From the NCBI GenBank assembly GCA_041661405.1, contig JBAZUL010000009.1, positions 464-64,463 of the forward strand: DNA of 64,000 nucleotides, written 5' to 3'. Both the position numbers and the translations under genes were made by a program. The DNA is from Patescibacteria group bacterium (lineage in GTDB: Bacteria > Patescibacteriota > Patescibacteriia > Patescibacteriales > JBAZCA01). Positions 50,329 to 60,599 of the stretch are shown piece by piece; positions within the stretch are counted from its first letter, which is position 1, and every line of letters starts with the position of its first letter. A model generated the notes under the pieces. That model made no database searches. It saw only the letters and a list, made by a program, of their open reading frames with translations, and was not told the origin of the DNA.

Positions 50329-52476
50329 TCAAACAGCCAAAGTAATAAGAAATGTCGTCCCCTTCCCCTCCTCGGTTTTTTCAACGCAGACTTTTCCGCC
50401 TTTATGTTCTTCAATAATCCTTTTTACGATAAAGAGTCCGAGGCCGGTTCCGTCGGTGTACATGGCGATCGCGTTTGACGCGCGGGAAAATTTTGAAAAA
50501 AGCTTGGGAAGATCTTCGGCCGGAATCCCGATTCCCGTATCGCTCACCCTTATCTCAATGTTTTTTCCGTTCACTCGGGCGGAGACTTCAACCTTTCCAT
50601 TCTTCGGCGTGTACTGGAAAGAATTGTTAATCAGGTTGCCGACCGATTGCTCAAGATAGCGCTCATCCCCCTGGATAGCCGGCAATGATTCTTTCGGCAG
50701 ACTTAATTTCAACTCTATTTCCTTGCCTTTGGCCTGGATTTGCTTATCATCAACCAATTTGGTTAAAAAAGCGTTAAGGTCAACTTTAGCGAACTTCAGG
50801 AGCACCTTTTCCGAATCCATCTCCGACGCCCTTAAAATATCGTTGATGATTTCCGCGAGCTTGCCGGATTTATCAAGCATGGCCTTTAAAAATTCATTGA
50901 TTTTTTCCTTGGACATGCCGCCCTCTAAAATCATAGACGTCATACCCCGGATAACCGTTACCGGCGTCCGGAGCTGGTGCGACGCGATGTCCAAGAATTC
51001 CGAACGCATCACCAGCAATTTTTCCAAATATTCGTTTTTATCCCTTAGTTCGGTTGTTTTTTCTTCTACCTTTTTTTTAAGATTCAAGTTCATTTCCCCG
51101 ATTTCCTTGTACAAAAGGGCGTTTTCTATGGCTATTGTCGCCTGGGTACCGACTATATTCAGCACATTAATATCTTCATCATTATACATATCTCCCGACT
51201 CTTTTTCTCCTAAAGCAATTAACCCTGTTACCTGCCCCTCAATTCCCAGCGGGGATAAGGCGGCCATTCCGTAATCCTCCAGCAATTTTATGGATTTATA
51301 TTTTTTAGCCGAATTTTCCCTCTTTAATTCCTCTACGATAACCGGGAATAAATCTTTGCCATTTTGGCGATAAAGGCTTTTGCTGGCCAAAAATAATTTT
51401 TTACCGTCTATTTTACCGTTAAAATTGTCCTCCACTATAAAATTATTATTCCTATCCTTTACTAAAATCAGCATTGATTTAACGTGGAAAGCGTCGTTTA
51501 TCGTGCTAAAAATAATATTGTAAATTTTATTTTGTTCCAGGGTTGATTTTAACTTGTCGCCTAATCCGGTTATTAGGGCGTTGCTGTCATAGAGAGAGGT
51601 AAAAAAATATTTGTTGGAAATATTTTGAAAATAATCTTTGATATTGGGAAGTAAAAATATTACAACGGAAAAAGTCGTTAATTGGGAGAATAATTTATGC
51701 CCGGCAAAATACTTGTTAAATACAAATCCCACGCCAAAAGCTATTGCCAAGGCCGAAAATAAAGTCAGTAAAAACACCGTCCATTTGCGAAGCACCAGCC
51801 TGATGTCCATGAGGTGATGGACGATAATTGAGTAGCCGAAGACTATGGAATACGCGATTACCAGCGGGCTTCCAAGCGGGGGAAACCAGTCCTTGCCCAT
51901 CATCAGCGGAAAATTCGTGGAGCCGCCCAAAAAACCCAGTATTGACCCGAATAAAACGTATTTAATCTGCTCCCGATATACTCCGGTCGCGCGGCTTAAT
52001 TCTTTTAAAAGCAAAAATATCCCGAAGACTATCACGCTTAACCAGCAGACTATCAAAAAAGTTATGTAGACCCATCCGGCCTGAGGAAAAAAAATAAAAT
52101 AAAAAATTTCTTTTGTCCCGCTTATGTAATATTTACTGTAACTGAATAACAAGAATATTGAGGTAACGAGATAATAAAAAATCAAAGTCTTCTTTTTTTT
52201 CTTACCGAGAACATTTAAAATCCAGCTAATATAAAAAACCGGAATTAAAGTCGCTCCCATATTTAAAGTTCTTGCCCAAAAGAGGGCGGATTCCTGATTT
52301 TTGCATAAAAGCCAGACGCCATAGGCGAAACTCCAAATCACCACTCCAAGCGACAACAACCCAAAAGACCTGTTAACCGGATTTTTAATGTCTTTGCGCA
52401 AAACCGAAAACCCCAAAAGCACGGCGACAACGGCAATTACAAAATGACTGATGATGAAAAAATTTAAATCCGGCAT
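50329..52476 (-). CDS. sensor histidine kinase (multi-TM sensor, GAF-like domain, HisKA, HATPase_c)
   Basis: The H-box is FLDIASHQLRTPV, the N box is LINNSFQY, and the G boxes are DTGIGI and GTGLGL. Confidence 0.9.
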   Translation of the reverse strand: MPDLNFFIISHFVIAVVAVLLGFSVLRKDIKNPVNRSFGLLSLGVVIWSFAYGVWLLCKNQESALFWARTLNMGATLIPVFYISWILNVLGKKKKKTLIFYYLVTSIFLLFSYSKYYISGTKEIFYFIFFPQAGWVYITFLIVCWLSVIVFGIFLLLKELSRATGVYREQIKYVLFGSILGFLGGSTNFPLMMGKDWFPPLGSPLVIAYSIVFGYSIIVHHLMDIRLVLRKWTVFLLTLFSALAIAFGVGFVFNKYFAGHKLFSQLTTFSVVIFLLPNIKDYFQNISNKYFFTSLYDSNALITGLGDKLKSTLEQNKIYNIIFSTINDAFHVKSMLILVKDRNNNFIVEDNFNGKIDGKKLFLASKSLYRQNGKDLFPVIVEELKRENSAKKYKSIKLLEDYGMAALSPLGIEGQVTGLIALGEKESGDMYNDEDINVLNIVGTQATIAIENALLYKEIGEMNLNLKKKVEEKTTELRDKNEYLEKLLVMRSEFLDIASHQLRTPVTVIRGMTSMILEGGMSKEKINEFLKAMLDKSGKLAEIINDILRASEMDSEKVLLKFAKVDLNAFLTKLVDDKQIQAKGKEIELKLSLPKESLPAIQGDERYLEQSVGNLINNSFQYTPKNGKVEVSARVNGKNIEIRVSDTGIGIPAEDLPKLFSKFSRASNAIAMYTDGTGLGLFIVKRIIEEHKGGKVCVEKTEEGKGTTFLITLAV

Positions 52477-52524
52477 AGTTAAAGCGAGGGAAAAATATAT
52501 AATCAGGCTAAAACCGCTAAAAGA

Positions 52525-53484
52525 TTAATTGAGTTGGGCTACTGTCATTTTGTGATGGCGCAATGGCTCGTCATAAAATTCACCGATCGGTTTCCAGCCG
52601 GTTGCGCTGAGGATGCGCGATACATCCTGGTCAGTCTTGTAATCCATATACCAGCCCGTAATTTTCATTAAAAAATCAGTCAAAGGATCATCATAAATTA
52701 ATTCCTTCTGGGCGGTACTGCAGATTATCAGCCCTCCCGGCTTGCTGAAAAGCCTCATGCTTTTCATGACTCTTATGCTGATTTCCATCGGCAATGGGCA
52801 TAGTACGCCGACTAAAATCACCAAATCAGCCTTACGTAATTCGGCTTTTGAATATTTTTTGCATTCAAAGCTGAAATTTTCTTCAAGGCCGTATTCTTTT
52901 ACCAGCCTTTTTCCGATATCAATGGCGGCCGGATCAATATCAATATTTCTCACTTGCACTTTTTTTCTCCATCCGGGAAACTTTTTTAAAACTTCTATCA
53001 TATCTCTCCCCGGGCCGGAAGCAATATTATCAATCAATAGCTTCTTTCCTTTGTAAATTTTTTCCAGCCAGAAAGGAATATTGTCCCTTAAGGCAGTCAG
53101 CCGCCGATGAATCTGGATCCCGGCTTTGCTTTTAAGGTAGTACCGGTCAACCGGTGATATTTTATTCGGATCATAAGCCAGGTATAAATACTCAAAGGCC
53201 TCGGCAGAGCCCGGAAACCTTTTAATAATTTTTGCCGTTTCGGAATTTTTCAGCAGAAAATCAAGAATGTCTTTAATTTTTGGATTATCCGGCTCAAACA
53301 AGCATTCTCTGAATTTTTGCTTAATATCGGCCGGAAAAGCATCTAATAAATATTTCGCTTCTTCAGTATCAAGTATCCTCTGTTTTAAACAATAAACCAA
53401 CTCCCTGGAATACGCTAATTGGTTAAAACCAAAATCTAACGTTTTTTTCTTTTTTAAAAAAGGTAAATTCATCATAAAATTCAT
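52525..53484 (-). CDS. class I SAM-dependent methyltransferase (putative)
   Basis: LLIDNIASGPGRDMIEVL is a motif I-like sequence, and ADLVILVGVL with a Rossmann-type alternation follows. Confidence 0.5.
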   Translation of the reverse strand: MNFMMNLPFLKKKKTLDFGFNQLAYSRELVYCLKQRILDTEEAKYLLDAFPADIKQKFRECLFEPDNPKIKDILDFLLKNSETAKIIKRFPGSAEAFEYLYLAYDPNKISPVDRYYLKSKAGIQIHRRLTALRDNIPFWLEKIYKGKKLLIDNIASGPGRDMIEVLKKFPGWRKKVQVRNIDIDPAAIDIGKRLVKEYGLEENFSFECKKYSKAELRKADLVILVGVLCPLPMEISIRVMKSMRLFSKPGGLIICSTAQKELIYDDPLTDFLMKITGWYMDYKTDQDVSRILSATGWKPIGEFYDEPLRHHKMTVAQLN

Positions 53485-53560
53485 GGACTATTTATTTACA
53501 ACAATCTAAATTAAAAACCTTTATCATAATGCCTATATCTTACTATATCCACGCCATAAA

Positions 53561-54244
53561 TCAAAACAGCTTCGGAGCGCGCTCCAATCCCGCCAGTCCG
53601 GCGATTTTATCCATTACCTCGTCCGTTGCCTCGCGATAAGCCGCGGGGTTATCCTGCCGGCCGCGATATTCTGATAAATTCATGGGCGCGCCGATATTGA
53701 TTTCAACCATCTTTTTCAATTTCGGCCTTTTCGCGCCGGGCGGAAAAACCTCGTAAGTTCCGCGTATCCCTACCGGGACAACCTTCGCTCCGGTCATTAA
53801 AGCAAAGCGGGCGACTCCGGTGCGGGTCTTTTCTATTTTTCCGTTGCGGCTAAGGCCGCCTTGGGGAAAAATCGCGACCGTCCGGCCGATATTTAAAGCC
53901 GTAATAACTTCTTCTATGGTTTCGCTCTTATCTTTGGCGCTCCTGTCAACCCTTATGTGGCCGAGACGCTTCAATATCGGCCCGCAAAGGCGCGAATCAA
54001 AAAATCTTTCAGCCGCGAGAAAAGTGAGCCGGGCCGGCATAACCGCCTGAATACAGAGAAAATCAAGGTAGCTTTGATGGTTAGCCGCGATTATATAAGC
54101 GCCGGACTTTGGCAGGTTTTCCCGGCCTTTAACTTCCTTAATCCAAATCAGCCTTATCAAAGGCGCGAAAAAAATCCTAAGAAAGCAATATAATAGCTTT
54201 CCCCGGAGAGTGTTTTCTTCGGCAATTGGAAATTGACCGGCCAT
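53561..54244 (-). CDS. plsC: 1-acyl-sn-glycerol-3-phosphate acyltransferase
   Basis: The product has AANHQSYLDF (the HX4D motif) and IFPQGGLSRNG. Confidence 0.88.
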   Translation of the reverse strand: MAGQFPIAEENTLRGKLLYCFLRIFFAPLIRLIWIKEVKGRENLPKSGAYIIAANHQSYLDFLCIQAVMPARLTFLAAERFFDSRLCGPILKRLGHIRVDRSAKDKSETIEEVITALNIGRTVAIFPQGGLSRNGKIEKTRTGVARFALMTGAKVVPVGIRGTYEVFPPGAKRPKLKKMVEINIGAPMNLSEYRGRQDNPAAYREATDEVMDKIAGLAGLERAPKLF

Positions 54245-54410
54245 TGTTTTAACAGTTGCTTCGGATTAAACTTCAGCCTTAATGCCTTTATTTTACTATA
54301 ACCCGGACTTAATTCCAATAGCCTGTACATGATGAGCACATAGCCAGCGCTTCACTTAAGTTAACTAACTGATTTTTAGAGGCAGTTGGCCGCCAGCCTA
54401 TCTATAAAAC

Positions 54411-54451
54411 CCGCAAAAATAAATTCAGGGCTGTTTGGAAAAACAGCCCTG
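54411..54451 (-). terminator. rho-independent terminator after the small secreted protein gene
   Basis: An 11-bp stem CAGGGCTGTTT/AAACAGCCCTG with loop ggaa is followed by AATTTATTTTT on the minus strand. Confidence 0.6.
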
Positions 54452-54475
54452 TTTGCCCGCGGCTTGCGCGGGACT

Positions 54476-54775
54476 TTATCGGCACCGGATTGCTCCTTGG
54501 TATCCGGTGCCGGTTCGGCATCGCGCCTCGCGAGGATGAGAAATTACATCATAATCCCTCCCGTTGCAAGCTGATGCCGCTTCCTGAAGCCAACCCTGCA
54601 GTCCCTGTCGACCGCAGTAGCTGACTCCAACGGCTCCCCCTCCGCCGGAGGAGGAGCCACTTTGGCTCCAATCTGAGAGGGCGCGTTTTGCGACCCCTCC
54701 CCAGTTGAAGCCACCGGCGGTGGCGGTGGTTGCGATAAGCAACACCACCACCACAACTACCAAACATCTCTTCAT
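54476..54775 (-). CDS. small secreted Gly/Cys-rich protein (99 aa) in a GC-rich islet
   Basis: A strong SD (AAAGGAGG) lies 7 nt before the ATG. The signal peptide is MKRCLVVVVVVLLIATTATA. The mature part has 4 Cys and Gly/Ser runs. Confidence 0.55.
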   Translation of the reverse strand: MKRCLVVVVVVLLIATTATAGGFNWGGVAKRALSDWSQSGSSSGGGGAVGVSYCGRQGLQGWLQEAASACNGRDYDVISHPREARCRTGTGYQGAIRCR

Positions 54776-54884
54776 GAGAGACCTCCTTTTGTTTTGCCCC
54801 TTTCGGGGCGTTTGAGTTGAAAAGACCGCCTATACTGTATTTATTGAAGCATATTAAGGCTTAGATAGCAAGGCTACAACTTCT

Positions 54885-54919
54885 AAAAAACCAACTAAAA
54901 AACGGCCGGTTTAGGCCGT
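54885..54919 (-). terminator. rho-independent terminator
   Basis: Stem ACGGCC/GGCCGT is followed by TTTTTTAGTTGGTTTTTT on the minus strand. Confidence 0.65.
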
Positions 54920-54953
54920 CTGACTGCGTTCAAATAAATGTTAAAAAATTTTC

Positions 54954-55193
54954 TTAAGCGCTAACTGGCCGAACGCCGGTTTTCTCTTCCAGTGTTCCGA
55001 TCCTTCTCTCAAACCGGTCGTGCGCGGCCTGATTCATTGTGAAATTTTCGTTATTTTTTTTCAATTCTGCCATTAATTCGTCATTTGATTTTAAAATTTC
55101 ATCTTTCCAGTTAACCAGATCATCTTTGGTTGGCAGATTTTTTAGATCGTCTTTTGTAACAAGTTTGTTAAATTCCTCGGGTGTTAAGGTCAT
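54954..55193 (-). CDS. hypothetical coiled-coil protein (79 aa)
   Basis: This ORF has its own terminator. I recognise no family. Confidence 0.45.
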   Translation of the reverse strand: MTLTPEEFNKLVTKDDLKNLPTKDDLVNWKDEILKSNDELMAELKKNNENFTMNQAAHDRFERRIGTLEEKTGVRPVSA

Positions 55194-55210
55194 ATTATTG
55201 CGATTATTTA

Positions 55211-55408
55211 TTATTTATTATTTTTTAAAATCTCAGGGAAAATTTTAACCAATGCTTTAGATGACTTCTTAAAACAATTCTCGCAAAATTCAAAATTTTT
55301 ATAGTAGTGCCCGTCTTCAAAAAATTTTTCCGGACTGTTTATGCTAATATCCCCCTTTTTACCTTTAATAACCTTTTTACATTTATCGCATTTAAATATT
55401 TTGGCCAT
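55211..55408 (-). CDS. hypothetical zinc-ribbon protein (65 aa)
   Basis: The product has CDKC...CENC cysteine pairs. Confidence 0.45.
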   Translation of the reverse strand: MAKIFKCDKCKKVIKGKKGDISINSPEKFFEDGHYYKNFEFCENCFKKSSKALVKIFPEILKNNK

Positions 55409-55468
55409 ACATTTAAATATTAAATTAAATATTTCGTATCGCCATTATATCACCGGTCTGGCTCAAGG

Positions 55469-57706
55469 TCAATTTCCAAGCTCGCGGATAAATTGGTCAG
55501 CCGCTTCTTTTACCCCCGGGTCAATTTCTCCGGCTTTTTTTGCCGCGGCTTTGGCGTTTTCCCGGTCGCCCATGGCCACGTAAACCTTCGCCAACTCAAT
55601 TTGGTAAGCGGAATTTTTTGGATCCAGTTCCGCCGCCCGATTAAAGAGCATTATCTCCCGGGCGTAACTCCCTGCTTCGGCGTAATGGCCGGCCGCCCCT
55701 AAAATAAACTGCAGGCTTCCGATTGATCCGGCGCCCCCGAGGTCAAGGCACTTATCAAGTTTAGCGAATGATTTTTCCTCATCCTTCTTAAAAAGATAAA
55801 TCCGGGAAAGGTGGCAGTAGCCGTCCGGGTAATTTTCGTTCAGGCCAACGGCGTAGAGAAGAATATTTATGGCTTCATCAATATCGCCGCGGGTAAGGTA
55901 AATCTGCGCTTTCTCAAAATAGATCGGCGCCCGACCCGGGCTGGCTTCTATTGATTTATTAATCGCTTCTTCAGCCCGGAGCGAATATTGTTTAGCCGAA
56001 TTTTCATCTTTAATCGCGCCGGAAGCCATGTTTAATATCTGCCCGAAAGTCATCTGGTTCATGCTGTCGTCCGGATTATAACGGACATTTTTTTCCGCCT
56101 GCTCTATGGCGTAATTGATTATTCCGGCTTTTTTTTCTTCGCTCATGGAATCCAATTGGCTGAAATTCTGCATTACTGAGCGAACAAAAGTATTTCTCGC
56201 GTCGCGATCAAGCGGCGTATCGTAGCTTAAAGCCTTTTTATATTTTTCCGCGGCCGCTTCCAGCCCCTCGCCGGCCGCGATCGCGTACTGGCCGTCAATC
56301 GTCCCTTTGAGCATGTATAAAGGCTTAATATTATACTGATAAACGATGAACAGGGCGATAAGGCCGATTACTACAGCCGGAAAAGGGCTTTGTCCTGATT
56401 TAATATTTATGGCTTTGGCATTAATATTATCCTCGCCATCTCGGCTTAAAAAATAAATATAACTAAGCATTATCATTAAAGGGATGTAAGTCGCGAGCGC
56501 GTCAAAGACTACGAGATTCTGGATAAAATAGGCGATGATTAGCGTTGTCATCAGGCTAAAATCATTTAAGCTGATTTTCTCTTTTTTAAAACCTGAAACT
56601 AAATAATAACCGGCGGCGGCGAATATGAATAAATAAGTTAAGAGGCCGAGAAGCCCAGCGGTTGAAGCGATGTCAATTAAATTATTATGAGCCCGGTCAA
56701 AGTAAGTTTCCGCTTTTGTGTAGTCGTAAAATTTCGGATCAAAATATTTGTCAAAGGTTATGGCATAGTTTCCGAAGCCGGTGCCGAGGATTGGATGGTT
56801 GGGAAAATCCTTTAAGGCGGCTTGCCAGGAAATAAAACGGGTGTTCAAAGTCGGATCGCTTAAGGAAATATGTGTTACCCGGGAAAGGAAAGGACTTCCC
56901 TTTATAGCCTCGCTATTTTTAAACGCCAATAATAGGGATATGGCAATAATGATAATAATCGCTCCGGAAAGGCTCGCGATTTTCAGTTTTTGGTTTTTCC
57001 CGAAAAGCGCGTTGATAAAAAAAGCCAGGGTTAAACCAACGGCGAATCCGAGATAAGCTCCCCGGGTGCCGGAATAGATGAGCACCAATAGCATGGCCAG
57101 GCTGGCTAAACCGTAAAGGATTTTTAAACCGGCGGCTTTTTCTCTTAAAAAAAGGACGGCCGTGAAATAAAGGCTGAAAATCGCGAACGAACCAACGTAA
57201 GCCGCGTTGCCGATGACAGAAGTGACCCGCGCCGATCCATAAGGACTTTCCATAATTCCAAAATGCTGAAAAATTCCGACCATGCTCGCGTAAAAAGCCG
57301 TAAGAGTAAAAGCGATAAAGAGCCGGCGCCAGTCTTTTTCATCCCGGAAAACCGTAACGATTATGAAATAAAAAATTAGAAAATGAAAAAGGTGGAACCA
57401 GCCGAGCATCCGCTCAATGTCGCCCCAGAAGCTTAAATTAAAATCCACGCCGAAAATCGTTGAAACGAGGAGCGCGAAAAAGAAAGCGCCGAGCCCGAAA
57501 GAGATATAGGAAAATTTCGGGCGAAAGGGCGGGTATTGAATTATGAAAACCAGCCAGACTGCCCCGAGAATTTCCATCATGATGTTAAAAGGAATCTGCT
57601 TGGACGTTATGTAGGGAAATAAAAGGCTCGTAAAAACGAATAAAATACAGAGTAAACTGGCGTAAATCCCGCCTCTTAGGATGTTTAAGTAGGTTTTTGG
57701 CGTCAT
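55469..57706 (-). CDS. O-antigen ligase (Wzy_C)-like polytopic membrane protein with C-terminal TPR repeats
   Basis: A region of about 12 TM segments includes the SGTRGAYLG loop. The C-terminal ~300 aa are TPR-like. The start was moved to the ATG at 57706 (GGAG upstream) to avoid overlap with the M23 gene. Confidence 0.75.
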   Translation of the reverse strand: MTPKTYLNILRGGIYASLLCILFVFTSLLFPYITSKQIPFNIMMEILGAVWLVFIIQYPPFRPKFSYISFGLGAFFFALLVSTIFGVDFNLSFWGDIERMLGWFHLFHFLIFYFIIVTVFRDEKDWRRLFIAFTLTAFYASMVGIFQHFGIMESPYGSARVTSVIGNAAYVGSFAIFSLYFTAVLFLREKAAGLKILYGLASLAMLLVLIYSGTRGAYLGFAVGLTLAFFINALFGKNQKLKIASLSGAIIIIIAISLLLAFKNSEAIKGSPFLSRVTHISLSDPTLNTRFISWQAALKDFPNHPILGTGFGNYAITFDKYFDPKFYDYTKAETYFDRAHNNLIDIASTAGLLGLLTYLFIFAAAGYYLVSGFKKEKISLNDFSLMTTLIIAYFIQNLVVFDALATYIPLMIMLSYIYFLSRDGEDNINAKAINIKSGQSPFPAVVIGLIALFIVYQYNIKPLYMLKGTIDGQYAIAAGEGLEAAAEKYKKALSYDTPLDRDARNTFVRSVMQNFSQLDSMSEEKKAGIINYAIEQAEKNVRYNPDDSMNQMTFGQILNMASGAIKDENSAKQYSLRAEEAINKSIEASPGRAPIYFEKAQIYLTRGDIDEAINILLYAVGLNENYPDGYCHLSRIYLFKKDEEKSFAKLDKCLDLGGAGSIGSLQFILGAAGHYAEAGSYAREIMLFNRAAELDPKNSAYQIELAKVYVAMGDRENAKAAAKKAGEIDPGVKEAADQFIRELGN

Positions 57707-57710
57707 ATTA

Positions 57711-58124
57711 TCACTCCCCGTTAAAAAACTTTTCCGGGTCAATGAAGTTTTTAAAACTCTTAATCATTACCTTATTCCTGCTTATGTCCGTATGAAGATG
57801 CGGGCAGGTTGTAAGCAGTCCGGTATTGCCGGTATATCCGATAATCTCTCCTTCCTTGTATTTTCCTTTTTGACCCGGCTTTTTTAAATGCATAAACCGG
57901 ATAACGAGCGGTCCGTATTTTTTATCGCGAAAAAAAGCCCAGATCGTATTCCCGCCCTGCAGTCCGCGCCCCGAGTAAATAATTTCGCAATCCGCGGGCG
58001 CGAAAATTCCGGTTCCGGCCGGAACGATATGGTCAACCCCGAGATGGCGCGAAGAATAAAAAGTTTTTTCTCCGAACCAATATCCCCTTTTCGCTTTTAC
58101 CCAGTCTTTGAGAGGGAAAGTCAT
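57711..58124 (-). CDS. M23 (LytM-type) peptidase domain protein
   Basis: The metal-ligand motifs HLGVDH and CPHLHTDI are present. Confidence 0.75.
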   Translation of the reverse strand: MTFPLKDWVKAKRGYWFGEKTFYSSRHLGVDHIVPAGTGIFAPADCEIIYSGRGLQGGNTIWAFFRDKKYGPLVIRFMHLKKPGQKGKYKEGEIIGYTGNTGLLTTCPHLHTDISRNKVMIKSFKNFIDPEKFFNGE

Positions 58125-58143
58125 ATTTTCTCAACCATCTCAA

Positions 58144-60513
58144 TTACATCTTGCCAAAATCGCTATTACTTATTCCAAGACCCAAATTTCTCATTACATT
58201 AAACGCGTCAGCCGGGCGGCCGAGAAAATAGCGCTTGCCGTCCGCCGGGTTAATATACCAAGCTTCGCCTTTTCCTTCAACCTGCAAAAATATTTTTCCT
58301 TTCTGCTTCGCGGAAAAACCGGAATCAAGATTCATTTTAGCGTTCTTTATTTTTGGCGAATACCCGGAATTGAGTTCCGCTTTATCATCAAATCCGTCAG
58401 CGTCAGTATCCTTTTTGCTCTTATCTGTCCCCAAAGCGTCTTCAAATATGTCCGACAGTCCGTCCGCGTCAGAATCAGTCCCGGTCAAACTCGCTAGCCC
58501 CAAAGGAATTTTTTCCAGATCCGCGGTTTTAATTCCAATTCCCCGCTCCCGCATGACGGAAAAAGCGTCATCCGGCCGACCGAGAGAATACATTTTTTCC
58601 GTTCCCGGATCAACCCAGTAAGCCTCGCCCTTGCTTTCAACTTTCAGAATAATCTTTCCCTTTAGGTTTTTATAAAGAGAGGAGTTTTTTATGGACAGGG
58701 CGGTTTGGGATTGGGAGGCGGAGGAGGATGGAGATGTCGGGGGTGAGATGCTTCCGTTACCGCTTTCATTTCCCGAGCCGGATTGTCCCTGTCCGGCTGC
58801 TGAAATAATAAAAGTTTTAACCGTTGATTTATAGGCGGTACCCGGCGAGCTTGTTCCGGTTACGAAATACTCGTAATTTCCCGGAGCTAAATTTTTTATT
58901 TCCGCGGCATGCGAGGCATTCATCTCGTCCGAGCCGACCTTAACCCAATCCCCGCCTTTCTTATAATAAACCCAGCCGCTAGCGCGCAAACTCGTATCCC
59001 AGGAAATTTTTACCGAACTCCCCGCGGCCGTTGCCACAGGCTCTTTCGTAAGTAAAACCGCGTCGTTTAACGGGGTGGTAAAAGAAAGATAGGCGGTTTC
59101 TTTGGTAGTCGCGTTTAGCGACGAGATTACCCTGTAATTATATTTTGTTCCAGCCTTTAACCTGGTTAATTTTATTTCATGGTTAGAGGCATTATTGGAA
59201 TCCGAAACATTCTCAAGAGACACTGGAGGATCTTGGTTATATTCAACTTTGCTTGAGGCGGCTTTGGTAGTTTTCCAGACAATCGCGGCCGATGACGAAC
59301 TGATTAGAGATAGCGCCGTGTCAAAAATAGTAAAGCTGTTTTTTTCTTCCTGGCTCAGATAAACATAAACTGGGGTTGACGTGGAGTTGTTGGTTTCGTC
59401 CTTTTCCAAAAGACGTTCCACTTTATCAATTGTAAACTCAATTTTATTACTGCCAGCTTTAATAAATTCTCCCGTATATGAATATTTGAATTTTTCACCG
59501 GGTTCAAGAGGATTGTTAATATCCGGATAGTCGTCATAAGTTTTTGTTTTTATATCAAACCCCGATAGGTTATAAAAAATATCGTCTTCATGCAATCCGG
59601 TACTAGTGTTAATAGCTGAATCGCCGGCATTTTTTAACCATACATTTATAGTAATCGCCGAGTTTACAATCGGATCAAGAGGGACTAATTCTATCAAATC
59701 AAAAGCTAAATCGGTTTTTCCGGCCTCAAACACCTTGATAGTCTCTTCAAGACTGTTATTGATTTTTTCGTTGCTTTCATAAACTTCATCATTTTGGTCT
59801 ATGTTAAAAGAAATCTTTCGCTCTCCCGCTCCGGTAAACTTACCTTTAACAATATAATAGAATTCACCATCCGGAAGTATAACATTGTTTAACGAAGGCG
59901 CGGGCGCGCTAAAAGATTCAACTTCAAAGCCGGGCAGGCTGTACGCGTAAGCCGTTAAGCCAGCGGTAGTATAAATATTTTTTGTCCCGTTATTTTTTAT
60001 CTTAAATCTCACGTTGCAGGTCTGTCCGGCGGATAATTTTTCCGGCTCGGTAATTATATCCGTTACCGCTAAATCATTTCCCTGGACGGTTATCTCCTTG
60101 CTCAGGGTATTATTATTCTCATCCGTCTCCTCAAGCACATTGGCGGTATCTATGGAAAAAGTGAGATTTTGTTTCTTAATTTCTTTGAATTTACCGGTAA
60201 AAACATAAGTCTGCTCGCCGCCGGCCGCGAGCGAAACCAGAGGAAAAGTATAACTTTTCGTATCAATTTCAAAATTCGGGAATGAGTAGCTAAACGCGCG
60301 GAAGAATTCTTCCAAAGCCGCTCCGGATCCGAGATTTTTCGCTTTCACCGTAATAGTCGCCGCCTGGTTATAATCCGGACTTTCGGGATTCACGGAAATT
60401 GAGGTTACGGCAATGTCCGACCCGACCAGCGCGCGGGATTCTTTTATACCGGTTATCGCGGAAGCAACTATCAAGAAAGCGAAAAAAGCTAAAAAGGAAC
60501 GAAATTTTGTCAT
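58144..60513 (-). CDS. large secreted surface protein (repeated CARDB/Ig-like modules, Fn3-like region, TSP3-type acidic repeats, duplicated C-terminal domain of about 55 aa)
   Basis: A signal peptide is followed by recurring N(L/N)G..A modules. The acidic repeat is DSDADGLSD...DTDADGFDD. Two copies of KGKI.L.VE.KGEA.....G...Y.LGRP.DAF.VMR lie at the C-terminus. Confidence 0.7.
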   Translation of the reverse strand: MTKFRSFLAFFAFLIVASAITGIKESRALVGSDIAVTSISVNPESPDYNQAATITVKAKNLGSGAALEEFFRAFSYSFPNFEIDTKSYTFPLVSLAAGGEQTYVFTGKFKEIKKQNLTFSIDTANVLEETDENNNTLSKEITVQGNDLAVTDIITEPEKLSAGQTCNVRFKIKNNGTKNIYTTAGLTAYAYSLPGFEVESFSAPAPSLNNVILPDGEFYYIVKGKFTGAGERKISFNIDQNDEVYESNEKINNSLEETIKVFEAGKTDLAFDLIELVPLDPIVNSAITINVWLKNAGDSAINTSTGLHEDDIFYNLSGFDIKTKTYDDYPDINNPLEPGEKFKYSYTGEFIKAGSNKIEFTIDKVERLLEKDETNNSTSTPVYVYLSQEEKNSFTIFDTALSLISSSSAAIVWKTTKAASSKVEYNQDPPVSLENVSDSNNASNHEIKLTRLKAGTKYNYRVISSLNATTKETAYLSFTTPLNDAVLLTKEPVATAAGSSVKISWDTSLRASGWVYYKKGGDWVKVGSDEMNASHAAEIKNLAPGNYEYFVTGTSSPGTAYKSTVKTFIISAAGQGQSGSGNESGNGSISPPTSPSSSASQSQTALSIKNSSLYKNLKGKIILKVESKGEAYWVDPGTEKMYSLGRPDDAFSVMRERGIGIKTADLEKIPLGLASLTGTDSDADGLSDIFEDALGTDKSKKDTDADGFDDKAELNSGYSPKIKNAKMNLDSGFSAKQKGKIFLQVEGKGEAWYINPADGKRYFLGRPADAFNVMRNLGLGISNSDFGKM

Positions 60514-60599
60514 AAATTATTTTAAAAATTAGTTTCGCGCTTTATTCACTCCACTGATTCGCGCAAATTTAGGAGAGAGTAATCTCGTACATTAAAGCA

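Noticed and set aside
54544-54767. Two alternative minus-strand ORFs in the GC-rich islet
   Set aside because: Only the 54476-54775 frame has a SD and a signal peptide. The other frames are open merely because of GC richness.
54340-54800. RNase P RNA, tmRNA or another housekeeping structured RNA in the GC-rich islet
   Set aside because: I could not find the conserved RNase P strings (GAGGAAAGUCC-type), a tmRNA tag reading frame or a tRNA-like end. The strong SD plus signal-peptide ORF explains most of the region.
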